A DNA stretch of 64,000 nt from Eledone cirrhosa. Its lineage: Eukaryota. Positions 24,636 to 36,879 of this stretch are shown piece after piece. Both the position numbers and the translations under genes were made by a program. The notes under the pieces were generated by a model. That model saw only the letters and a list, made by a program, of their open reading frames with translations, ran no database searches and was not told where the DNA came from. Position 1 is the first letter of the stretch. The number at the start of each line of letters is the position of its first letter. Location of the stretch: NCBI GenBank assembly GCA_964016885.1, contig OZ024747.1, forward strand, positions 36,332,001 through 36,396,000, written 5' to 3'.

Positions 24636-26495
24636 TGTGACCCTGTCGCGGGACCACCAACACGGCCAGTCTGTGGAGCTAACATTGCTAGTAACTACAG
24701 ACTGTCCTACTTCCTCTCCCTGATCATACGCCACATCATTGAGATGTCCCCAGATGTATGTGACAGCACGGAGGACCTCCTCAGCAGAATCGGCGTGAGT
24801 AACCGATCTGGGGACCTAACAAACTGCATAATAGGCAGTATGGATGTTGTGTCCCTGTATCCATCTATTGACGTGGATTTTGCTGTGGAAAAATGCGTAG
24901 AAATGATCAGCGAGAGCAAGGTTGAGTGCCGTGGGATTGATACCAGTGAGCTGGGACTTCTACTTAAGCTTACCCATAGTAATAGTTACCTAGACACAGA
25001 TGACCTTAGCAACCTGTGCCCTACAAGACCAGCAAGAGGCAGACCACCTACCATTACCTCAATAGCCAAGAAAAGCCACACAGATAGATGGAACGGGTGG
25101 ACCAGAGCCATACGGACACCCGAAAACCACGATGAACTGAAGAAAATGATTGCACATGCGTTAGGGGCCAGCATAAAACTAACCCTTAAGGAACATATGT
25201 TCAAATTTAATGGAAAAACATATGCCCAAGAGGAAGGAGCAGCCATTGGTGTTAGCATTGCAGGTGACATAGCTCACTTATTCATGGTATGGTGGGACAG
25301 TAGACTTAAACTTAAACTGAAAGAACAATTAGAAGACAGCTTAACCCTGATAATGTACTCCCGCTACGTAGATGATATAAACATCGTAGTTAAGACACCC
25401 CCACTAGAGAACAGTGAGGAACTAGAGAAAGACACAATGGAAAGAATCCAGCAAATAGCAAACTCCATCCACCAGAGCATTAGAGTTACTATAGACTACC
25501 CAAGTAGACACCCCAACCATCGATTACCTGTACTAGACACAGAGCTCTGGTTAGATACCATTAACAACCAAAAACAAATCCTCCATTCCCATTATGCCAA
25601 ACCCATGACTTCCAAACATCTGATCCACCGAACCTCGGCCATTTCGGACCATACCAAAATCAACATACTGATTGCGGATTTGGTACGGGTGATGAGAAAT
25701 GTGTCCCGCATGTGCAACCCCGAAGAACTAGAGAGACACATACAACACTTCATCCACCGTATGCAGTTCTCTGGCTACAATCAGAGAGATAGAATCAGAG
25801 TGTATAGAGGAGCCAGAACCAAATGGGAAAAAATGGTAAATAATGACATAAATGGGACCTGCCCCTTGTATAGGAGCAAATTTTGGAATATAATAGAAAG
25901 AACTAGGTACAAGGCCAATAGAATAAACTCATGGTATGATAGCAATAAATACCCGAGTGTAATGTTCATCGATACAACCCCTAGAGGCGAACTAGCCTAC
26001 AAATTTAGAAGGGCCCTAAATAAACATAAACTCAATATTAAGATAGTAGAAAGACCAGGTACCTCCGTAAAAACACTTATTAGCAAGACATACCCGTTCC
26101 AAAGACACTCATGTATAGATAAGAAATGTATAACCTGTAAAATAAGCCCCCATATTAACTGTAAAACTAGAAATGTAGTGTATAGCATAAGATGTACTGA
26201 AGGACAATGTAGATACGAAAATATAGTGTACATAGGTGAGACAGCTCGTAGTATAGGGGAACGGATAAATGAACACTGGCGAGACCTTCAAGATAATAAA
26301 GAATCATCTGTACACTACCAACATGCTAAGATAGAACACAAGGGTAAATTAGAGAACATAGAAATAAAAATAGAATCTACACACAGAAAAGATGCAATGT
26401 TTAGACAGATTACAGAGGCAATAAACATAAAAGAATTACAACCAAAATTAAATAGAAAATATGAGTGGAACAGCAACATCACAACTTACAATTAA
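24636..26495 (+). CDS. 5'-truncated but uninterrupted PLE RT + GIY-YIG reading frame (inverted copy)
   Basis: 583-aa ORF 24744-26495 with SMDVVSLYPSI, RYVDD, CIDKKCITC, YIGETAR, EH...H...H. Lacks the N-terminal half. Confidence 0.8.
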   Translation, partial: CDPVAGPPTRPVCGANIASNYRLSYFLSLIIRHIIEMSPDVCDSTEDLLSRIGVSNRSGDLTNCIIGSMDVVSLYPSIDVDFAVEKCVEMISESKVECRGIDTSELGLLLKLTHSNSYLDTDDLSNLCPTRPARGRPPTITSIAKKSHTDRWNGWTRAIRTPENHDELKKMIAHALGASIKLTLKEHMFKFNGKTYAQEEGAAIGVSIAGDIAHLFMVWWDSRLKLKLKEQLEDSLTLIMYSRYVDDINIVVKTPPLENSEELEKDTMERIQQIANSIHQSIRVTIDYPSRHPNHRLPVLDTELWLDTINNQKQILHSHYAKPMTSKHLIHRTSAISDHTKINILIADLVRVMRNVSRMCNPEELERHIQHFIHRMQFSGYNQRDRIRVYRGARTKWEKMVNNDINGTCPLYRSKFWNIIERTRYKANRINSWYDSNKYPSVMFIDTTPRGELAYKFRRALNKHKLNIKIVERPGTSVKTLISKTYPFQRHSCIDKKCITCKISPHINCKTRNVVYSIRCTEGQCRYENIVYIGETARSIGERINEHWRDLQDNKESSVHYQHAKIEHKGKLENIEIKIESTHRKDAMFRQITEAINIKELQPKLNRKYEWNSNITTYN

Positions 26496-26595
26496 GGACA
26501 AAATGAAAACACACATACACATAGAACAAGCAACCAACCAATAACATGTAAATAAATAAACAAATAGATAAATGAACACAAACACACACAGACAC

Positions 26596-26653
26596 CCGGA
26601 TGTGGCGCATGCGCAAACTGAGCACACAACACACACACAGAAACAAAATGGCG
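26596..26653 (+). promoter_or_regulatory. Candidate pLTR promoter: ETS-like CCGGATGT, NRF1-like GCGCATGCGCA, YY1-like AAAATGGCG
   Basis: Three motifs clustered within 60 bp, upstream of the hammerhead and ORF start. The NRF1- and YY1-like motifs recur in a divergent relative at 63376-63439. Confidence 0.5.
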
Positions 26654-26699
26654 TAGGACAGAAGAAAGGAAAGGCACAGAAACAAAGAAAGTAATCCCC

Positions 26700-26744
26700 A
26701 GTCACTGAAGAGGTCACATAGTGCGTGACGAAAGGACTATGACT
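26700..26744 (+). ncRNA. Hammerhead ribozyme motif in inverted pLTR
   Basis: agtca CTGAAGA g gtcac-atagtgc-gtgac GAAA ggac TA tgact. Confidence 0.72.
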
Positions 26745-27602
26745 ATATATAAACAACTATCTGGTTGTGGAACCAACCAACCAACCAGAAATTTATAAAT
26801 TTGTAGATTTGTAAATTTATAAATTTATAAATATATAATAAATTGAAGTGAAAGCAACTGGTGCGTGTGTTTCTTATTGGCAACATGACCCTCCCAAAGT
26901 ATAACAATATATATATATATATCATACATAATTATAACTTCAGCGAAATTCGTATTTCGGCTGCGGTCGAAAACAAAGCGAAACGCAATCTCCGAGTTAT
27001 GCTGGCAACCGCTCCATGGACCAAATAAAGACCAGAGCAATAAACATAAGTTATAAAGGCGAAACAATGAGATGGCGTTCAAGAAGCCATCAACCACCTA
27101 AGCCAAAAAGACGAGGTAAGCCAAACAGGTCAAACAAAATAATTGAAATATTTACCCGGACCCTGGAAAAGATGGTATAATCCAGTACAGGTTTTTCTTC
27201 GCCACCTAAATCATTTATACTGCCTGCTTAAAATAATAAGCTTTTGGTATAAATATCAAACAAGGTTGTCACTTCGTCAACAGGTATTTTGTTCTACTCC
27301 AGCATGCAGATTCACGCAGTGGTATGTAGTAGTAAAACCATATATATATATATATGGTTTTACATTGCATTCTCCAAACGGTTCCTAAATGTGGTAATCA
27401 ATGTGTTGGTTTCAGTTTTCGAAACTAGAATCACAGTTCTTCTTAGGATATAGTGTTTATAGAGCAGCTAAAATATTGATTCATATCCTATGATATTTAG
27501 GATTTAGCTTAATCCTAACTATAATAAAGAAAGGCGTGCGGGACTGCAACCTGAATATATTTTTTTATCCCGTTTGTAAAATAATTTGGATTACTTTGAA
27601 TA

Positions 27603-27896
27603 AATAATTGTTTCTACTTTAGACACAAGGCCAGCAATTACTCAGTGCATTACTGGTACTTTATTTTATCGACCCCGTAAGGATGAAAGGCAAAGTCAAC
27701 CTTGGCGGGATTTGAACTCAGATCGTAAAGGGACATAACTATGTTGCAAAGCATGGCGTCCGACCCTCTACGGATACTACCAATCCACCTTAGTTTGAAT
27801 AAATAATTGTTTCTACTTTAGGCACAAGGCCAGCAATTATCCAGTGCATTACTGGTACTTTATTTTATCGACCCCGTAAGGATGAAAGGCAAAGTT
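27603..27896 (-). mobile_element. Tandem tRNA-derived SINEs (one full, one partial)
   Basis: Family core occurs twice; A/B boxes in 27603-27789. Confidence 0.85.
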
Positions 27897-30184
27897 TGAA
27901 TAAATAATGAATGAATATTACATAATTTATCTACTAAATTTCGTAACTCTTGAAAAAATATATTTTATTGCTTGTTTAATGATTCACTTCTTTAACATTT
28001 TCAAATGTCAACACTTCCGGTTAGCATCGCTTAAATAAACATTCATTTATTTCCGCACTAATTTTTTCCTAATGCAGTTTATATATAATATCGTCTTTTT
28101 TAAATGTATCATGGATTACTTTACTGATTACATAAGAGAGTGTGACGCAGACTTCGTTCAATTTCTGTGGATGTTGTCAATTACGATTTTATTTGATGTA
28201 TCATATCGACATGCATATATATTTGCTTATAATATCAATATACACACTACACATGCTAGTAGAAAATCACCCGGGGGGTGGTTTTTCTTCTAGTTGAAAT
28301 TAATCAGGTAATGCAAATTATATCATTACGTCATATATGTTATCATTCTTATTTGTGATTATCATGCCACCCCACTTAGACATTTCTTTCTCTAACATGA
28401 TATAAATTTCTCTCTCTTCTTGATAATCTTCAATAGTTTCGGCAAATCCAATTACATGTCAATTCATCAAATGAATATTTTGAATATGTGTAAGAAGGTT
28501 GTAGAGGTTCGTCATTTGATGTCATACTGTCAATATTATACAATACAGAATGGATTATTTTTCTATAGTGCGTGTCCATATACATCCCCTCTGATTTCCC
28601 TGCTATTTCAACATTTTAAAATAATATAACTTAGACTTAGTAGCACTTAATATTTTGTTTTTTTTTAATTTGGAATCTGCAAATCCTTTTACATTTCCAC
28701 ATATCAGGTTTTCATGTAGCAATTTTATTTCCATGCTACATTAGTACTAGTGCATATATAAGGATAGTTAAACCCCTTCTAGTATTCAATCTCAGTAGTG
28801 CTAAAATCTCTTTTGGTAATAGATTTCGTTTCCCGTACATTTACTTTTTTATGCAACGGTTGTCTTCATGTTATTTTCGTGTTATTAGATATTTACACAG
28901 TACGTATCTAGTAGATGATTGCATGTTCTTATTCTTGTTTGATTATCTTTAATGAGAAGTTGCTTTTTTCTTTTGGATGTTATGGAGATCCTCAATAGAT
29001 ATCACTTTTCATTTACTATTTCTTACTTAATAATTTGTGATATTCTTGAAGTGAAAGGAGTGAGATATCAGGAGCCGATGCTGCACCTTTGACCAAATTC
29101 TCTTCTTGAGTACATATCCAATTATTGTAGAAGTGAAGTGTTACTTACATTTCTCTGCTGGAACGTAGATGTAAAATATCAATGCGGGAGAGAAAACCGT
29201 TTTCACTGTACATTCATGGATTGCATAGGTGTTTTGATGTAGAGCGGAAATATATATTCCATTAGAGTTTTTGTGATTCCATAGAGCTTTTCCGATTTCA
29301 CTAGGTTGTATCTATACGAAATTATACACCTTTCATGGGCGGTATTTATTATGTTTGTGTTTAGGACCGGATGTAGGCGTTTAGATTTGTACTTAGGTAT
29401 TGTTCCATTCATGATTAGACCGAATAATATGCATGGCTCGTTATTATAAATAAAATGAATTAATATATAATTTATTCCTGTATTACAAAGACAGTTAATC
29501 ATTAACATTTATGTAAGTGATTTTCGTTTGATATTTTTCGCTTACAATTCCTTCTTACTTCTTCTGTGTTGTTCGATATTTGTTTCGTGGTAGAGGAAAC
29601 AAAGTTATATGTTAGAGGAATCTAGTGCTAGATTGAATAGCAAAACAGGTTTCTAATGAAGTTCATAAAGTAAGCTGTATTTTTTTAATGTGGTGATAAG
29701 AGTAACGCTTCGTGAAAATGTTTTTTCGGAGAATATATTGATAAATGTATTGAGGGTTGTGCACACAATCAACAACAATACTTCGCATACACTTTGTAAA
29801 ATAATAACAACAATTGACTTTCCAATAATTAGGCTTTACATAGACGTAGTTATAGTCAACAGAAGTCGCTTCTATATTAATGTGTATCAAACAGGATATC
29901 TGCTTACTTTTGTGTACTTTCATTCCTAGAAAATATACAATTCGATATCGGAAAAATAGAAAATTAAAATGCATTGTTTTATAATCTTGTACCGGGCTCA
30001 TAATTGATCCTTCAATAGTTCCTCGGCTGTTCCAATATACATAAGTCATATATTCTTACTGAATTCACTATTATCGGAGGAGCCAACAATTTACGGATAT
30101 GGAAGGAAGCAACAAAATGTCATTAAAGTAATGAAGAATGATATTTGTAAAATATCACATCTACCCCATGTCACACACACACAT

Positions 30185-30296
<112 letters not shown>

Positions 30297-30384
30297 ATTA
30301 TCACAAGGTATCGTTTAAGGCACTGCTTCTCAAACTATCTGATGTGGCGGACCGGCATTATTTTGTTTAATGTGCGGTGAATTG

Positions 30385-30547
30385 GTTGGTTGATCTGGTG
30401 ACGAATTCTTTATATGATTGTTATAGTCTGTGTGTGGAGAAATAATAGAAGTATTAAAAATAGTGTAAGCATTTTTAATACTTATATTATTTCTCCACAC
30501 ACAGACTATAACAATCATATAAAGAATTCGTCACCAGATCAACCAAC
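30385..30547. repeat. Near-perfect hairpin: 77-bp arms, 9-nt loop
   Basis: 30385-30461 is the reverse complement of 30471-30547 with one mismatch seen. Confidence 0.9.
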
Positions 30548-31113
30548 ATAACACTCTCGATTACCTGCTTAAGTGCTTCTACTACACGTAACTCTCTGCC
30601 ACACTATATAAACAAGACGCACGTGCTTGCCACACATATAACCTTTGCACTATATAACCGCTTAATTTCATGTTGTATTTTAACCTGTATTTTTGATTGT
30701 ATCTTTTAATATGAATGTAATCCCTAAGTGTGTACTGCCACTCTAAATGCTGTAATGAATGTTGACCCACAATATTTGCATATGTATCTGTATGTCTCTT
30801 GGGTGAAAAGGAGGTCATATAAGTGTTCATTCAATAATAAATTGCTCCGAAGAAACCAAACCCCGGTTTGGAGGAAACAGTTGTAATCATAAAAATATTT
30901 TGAACAGTTCTTTGATTCTTATAATTCATATAACTGCTCTGTAAATCATCTGATGTTTTTACATTGAGCTACTTAACTTACTGGTAATAAGGTAGTAATA
31001 TATTACTGCCTACCACTATTTAGGGTTTATATAAAAGTATATATAACTGCAAAATGTTTTTGTATTTACATAACCATAAATAGTATAATTAATACTATAT
31101 ATGTACATATACA

Positions 31114-31644
<531 letters not shown>

Positions 31645-31734
31645 ATAATAATAAATTTGAAGACTAAAATCCAAAGAGGGCTCGATAAGGATAAATATAT
31701 ATCAGATATATAAGAACCGTACAGCAAATATTTA

Positions 31735-32150
31735 TTAAAATAACAGATTAAAGTTTAAGCAAAGAATCGCTGCTTTCACCCTTAACGGGATCTTCTGAAA
31801 CTTAAAAAGTCAATCTGTGAACGCAGAGGTAAATATTTCAAAGAACGTTACAGCCGAAGGAAGACAGGAAGACGATACTTTGGTTCATGGAAACGTTCCC
31901 TGGCAAAGAACGAAAAAAAACGAAGATAATACGTCATTATTTGTAGCGTGAAAACAATTACGCGCAAAGACAAAACCACATTTATGGTATAAATGAAGTC
32001 GTAGACTAATATTCTATTGGGTGGTTCATGGAGACGTTCTCTGGCAATGAACGGAAAAAACGAAGATAATACGTCATTATATGGAAAAATGAGAACAATT
32101 ACACGCAAAGACAAAACCACGTAAATGGTAGAGAACGTCTCTATGAACCA
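31735..32150. repeat. Dispersed repeat with internal ~141-bp tandem unit (second copy at ~63715-64000)
   Basis: Shared 'aataacagattaaa.tttaagcaaagaatcgctgctttca...ggaaacgttccctggcaaagaacg'. Short inverted echoes at ~32130 and ~32400. Confidence 0.75.
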
Positions 32151-33389
32151 CAGAGAAACAAGAAATCGGCAAAAGTTTGTTCTCTAGCCAATTCCCTATG
32201 ACTCGCTTTATATATCTTTAGTAGTACGTAAACAAACTGGTCAGGCCAGTCGCCAGGTTTTGCTGTTCGGGATGGCACTCTAATTCTCTAAGGAATCTTT
32301 TGACAAGCTTCTTTGTTTAATTTTTTGCTTGTATTTTAAAAAATTATTTATTGTAGTTTATTCTTGTTTTGAGAGAAAAAAGTTAATCAAGACGTAATTG
32401 CCAGAGAACGTCTCTATGAACCACCATACATATGAGAGAAGGGACTGGCAAAAAGAGAGAGAAAGAAGAGGCTGTGTGAGAGGGGAAAGAAAGAGAGAGT
32501 GAGACAGTAAGTAACCAACTTGCAAAGAAAATTACACCAGAAGGTCTCACAAAAATTGAAATCATATATGACCTTTAATTATTTTCATGCCTCTGCGAAA
32601 ACGATGCTATAAAAGGAACTTCAAACATCACTGGTGACAACTCGCTATATTATACTAAAAGAAGAGAAATAAATATAGAAATATATAGTAATATATATTT
32701 TTGTAAATAAGACAATAGAACCGTGTGGAAATGGAAGCACCAATTGAAACATAAGTTTTAAATCTCTGAAGCCGTTTATGAAAGTATTGAAGAAGACAGG
32801 AAAACAAACTTCGAAACCGTCATCGAATCATCATTTTTCTTACCTGTTGTACAAACCTGTCCGGACACAGAACACTGCACAGACCTTCTAATAGTTCTAT
32901 AGAGTTATGAAATAATACATATGAATAAGCCATAGATGACGAATATCATTAAGTAATGTCAGTTTCATGAGGAGATAATCCTTTTGAACGAAAAAAATAA
33001 AATAAATAAATAATGAGTATAAATCCTGGAAAACTGTACGTCCGGTATTGAAAAAAAAAAATCACAAGGGATTGACACTCCAAATTCATTATTTTCTTTT
33101 TACTTTGCTCCACTTTTCGAATTAAATGACACGACGGTTCAGTTATATTCAAATATTGTAAGCGCGTCCATTGAGAATATCGTCTTTGACAAACTGCTCA
33201 GTTGCTCGCATGTGTGCGTGCTGAAATCTGGGTCTTTCCGCTGGGAACAACCCCTTACCCCCCCCCCCTTTTTGTGTACATCCATCCATTCACTCATTCA
33301 TTTACTGCCATTCTACCTTCCTGTGTCTCCCCCTCCATGCAGCCCCTTTTCGCTCTCGTTTTCTGGCACCTCCATATATATAGGTGAGC

Positions 33390-36015
33390 TATGCTGCCCT
33401 CTTACCAGCAATTTCCCTTCCACCCACACACACCAGCCACCCACCCCTGATGCCGCTCGGTGCCCCAGTCCCCGGCACCCCCCATCACACACCCCTCCAA
33501 ATCGACACCTGAAGCACTTGCGACACCACTAACAAACGGAAGAGGGGCCGGAACTGTTTGGGATGCGGCTGCTTCCACCACCTCACCTACGTTGGCTTGA
33601 CTTGTCGAGCTTCCAATGCCCTCGCAGGGTGGAGGTGCAAGAGCTGCCTCTTCCCCACGTCTTCCCAGCCACGGCCGTCTGGCACACCACCAGAGGGGGA
33701 CAGCGAGCCTTCCTGACGGCCGAGCCTCGCTGGTCAACATCGCTCGGCTCAGGCGGCTCCGGAAGATCCCACTCAGGATCACGAGAGCGGCACGGGTGCG
33801 CGTACCCGATGCCATATCATGTCCGCAATCAGGTCCTTCCCAGCTATCAGCTGCGGAGGTGTTAATGGTCTCCGACCAGGCCACCTCACGGAGTTAACAT
33901 CCCCCTCTCCGCTGAGGCCGGGCGCCGCCTTCTGAGTGCAATTGTGGGGCTCACCTATAGGCTCATTCATGGTGCCCTCGACCCTTACGCCCGAGGCCTC
34001 TTTTTTTCGGCCAGCCTCACCGCTCTCACGAAGAAAGAGGGTGGCATACGCGCCATTGCTGTGGGCAATGTCTTCCGGAGGCTGGCTGCCAAGGTGATCT
34101 GCATGTCCGTCACACACGAACTGGGTGAGGAGTTTAGTCCGGTGCAACTGGGTGTCGGCGTGCCCACTGGCTGTGAAGGAGTCTCTCAAGAAATCAGGCA
34201 GTTCTTCAGCAGCTGCCCATCGGTACTGGCATCCAGGGACTCCAGGCACCTCATTGTCAAGCTTGACATGAAGAATGCCTTTAACTCTTTACGCCGGCAT
34301 CATCTGCTCGAGGCCTGTTTCAGCCGAGCCCCCTCTGCCTACTCGCTGGCCTCCCTGTCATATGGAGCCCGGAGAATGCCTCTAGCTGCTGATACGGTCA
34401 TACCCTCAGCTACTGGGGTCCATCAGGGTGACCCTTTTGGACCCCTCCTGTTCGCCCTTGGAATTGACCACATAGCCCGGAGTATCACGGCCCCACTCAA
34501 CGTTTGGTATCTTGATGATGCTACGTTGGGCGGGCCCGGAAGGACGGTCTTCCAAGACCTTGAATCGGTGATTCCTACCCTGGCGGGAATCGGCCTCCAG
34601 GTCAACTCCGCCAAGTCGGAGGTGGCGAACGTCAGCCTCGATGCTGCGAGCTTTGTAGCCTCCGTCTTGGACGTGCGGTCCTTTCTCCGCCAGGTTCAGG
34701 TGACCCCCAAAGAGGATGTTCTCATCCTCGATCACCGCTCCACCCGCCGGCCATCCGCTCCACCATCAAGTCCAGGCTTCAACAGCCCCAGCCTCTCACG
34801 AGCCGACTGGGCTTGATTGACGGCCACCCAGCTCTCTTTCTGCTGAGGAACTGCTTCGCCATGCCGAAGCTCCTCTATACATTCCGCAGCATTCCATGCA
34901 ACACCCAGACATCTTTCCTCGCTGACCTTGATACTTGTATCCGAGCAGCAGTCGAGGGGTTATGCAACGTCTAGTTTGACGAAATAGGGTGGCAACAGGG
35001 CACTTTACCGGTCAGGTATGGCGGCCTAGGCTCCGGTCCCGGATCTCACTAGCTTTGCCGGCGTGTCTTTCGTCGGTAATCTCGTGCCGCGTGCTCGTCA
35101 GCAGGGTTCTTCAAAACACAACAGATCCCTCTGTGTTCAGAGAACGTGCGGCCGCCTGTGAGACGTGGGGCCGGCTGGGACTTAGCCCAGTAGATGTCCC
35201 TCCTCCTTCTCCCCTTGTTGATTTCAAGTCCCTCCAACGCACTTGGGATGCCATCCAGTGCAGCCTGGCCTCAGAGAGGCTCACGTGCCAGCTTGACCAG
35301 CACTGCCTTCTTTGTTTTCGTGCGGCCTCCAAACCCCACAGTGGTGCCTGGCTCCATGCTCTGCCTTCCTTCACCTCTAGCACGCAGCTACACAAACATA
35401 GCCTGCGAATCGGCGTTTCCCTGAGGCTCGGCCTCCGGATCTGCCAGCCACACCAATGTCGCTGGGGTTCCACCGTGGATTCTTTCGATCTCCACCCGCT
35501 TTCCTATCGCCACAGTGCCGGCCGCATTCCACGCCATACTGCCCTCAACGAGGTCATTAAACATGGCTTGGACGTTGCAGGCTTCCCTTCCTTCCCAGCT
35601 CGAGCCGGTGGGGCTGGATCAAGTGGACGGCAAAAGGCCAGATGGCACGACCATCTTCCCGTTCCGCGGGATGTCACTTGCACCGACACTTTCTGCAGCC
35701 GCAACCTGGTGCAGTCACGACTGACCCAGGTTCTGCTGCACGTCGGGCTGAGGGGGCCAAACTCCTCAAATACCGGTCGCTCTTCGACAGGTTTGCGGTC
35801 GTTCCCCTGGCAGTGGAAACTTTTGGTGTCCTCAGCCCCAGGGCTACCTCCTTACTCACCACCATAGGCGCTGAGTTGGCCAGCCGCAGGTGTGAGCCCG
35901 GCGAGTTGGAGTGGCTTTTCCAGCGCCCTCCCTTGCCGTGCTCCGAGGAAACGCCTTCTCCATTCTGTCCGCCGGGGCTGTGGGTGGGCCTCATCGCGTA
36001 CCAATACATTAGTTA
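33390..36015 (+). mobile_element. CRE-like non-LTR retrotransposon remnant (RT + zinc knuckle + restriction-like endonuclease)
   Basis: KKEGGIRAIAVGNVFRRL, QLGVG, LDMKNAFNS, GVHQGDPFGPLLF, WYLDD, SGAWL, RH..LN, RPDG, DVTC.DT, PLAVETFG; several frameshifts. Confidence 0.85.
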
Positions 36016-36392
36016 AATATCATTCTTTCATCTGATACAACACAATATAGACAGTGTGAAATTAAAAAATGTCGTACACTAAAATTCTATTTAGGAAACC
36101 GAATGATTCTCGGCTTGAGAATTAAGAATAAAGTAAATAAAATACAGAGGTAATTAAAATTAAATATATACATACACGTATCCAAATACGAACATACACA
36201 AGCATACGCGAAAACACTCGCCGTGGGTATGCCAATAAAAGCACGTACACGAAAAAAAAAAACAAAAAAAAAAAACACGTACTCATATACAAAACCCACG
36301 CAACGCCTGTACCCGCACACATACGAATGTATACACCGATCACACATAAAAATATATATAAAAACATATATATATATATATATATATATACA

Positions 36393-36441
<49 letters not shown>

Positions 36442-36879
36442 GTGTATACATAATTAAATAAACGTATATAAATATACACACATAAACACGTATATAACGC
36501 GCGCACACACATACCCACATGTAAATAGACATATGTTAGCGGACCTACGTCAATCAAAACAGAGTACACATATTCACACACCCTACATACGTACGAACCT
36601 GCATACTCACACAGACGCAAAACTCACGTATGCACATAACCAAATGCACATGTACCAGTATATATAATATATACGCCAATAACATATACAAGCGTACGAG
36701 AAAGTATACGTACCTTCACAAAACTTACAGGTAATATATACTTACCTATACCATTAAGTAATGGTATTAACATAACATATACTTAGCTAAACACATCAAA
36801 ACGTAAAAATATCCGCGTATAGTTCGTACTATCCGTTAGGGTATAATATGGGGCTGTAATACATATATTTTTCTTTAAG

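Larger units (their letters stand above)
20001..26910 (-). mobile_element. Full-length Penelope-like element with direct pseudo-LTRs plus a 2.3-kb inverted 5'-truncated copy, in (TA)n
   Basis: Direct repeats at 20001-20553 and 24062-24615. 24636-26910 is the inverse of ~22331-20058, with a 20-nt filler at 24616-24635. (TA)n flanks both ends. Confidence 0.93.

Noticed and set aside
30843-30890. Degenerate hammerhead-like motifs (also ~41531-41576, ~59521-59560 and ~31760-31800 on the minus strand)
   Set aside because: Core substitutions without compensation and poor stem I pairing; possibly relics, but not supportable as features.
33390-36015. GC-rich block as bacterial or horizontally transferred DNA
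   Set aside because: Fully explained by a CRE-like retrotransposon; composition alone does not show transfer.
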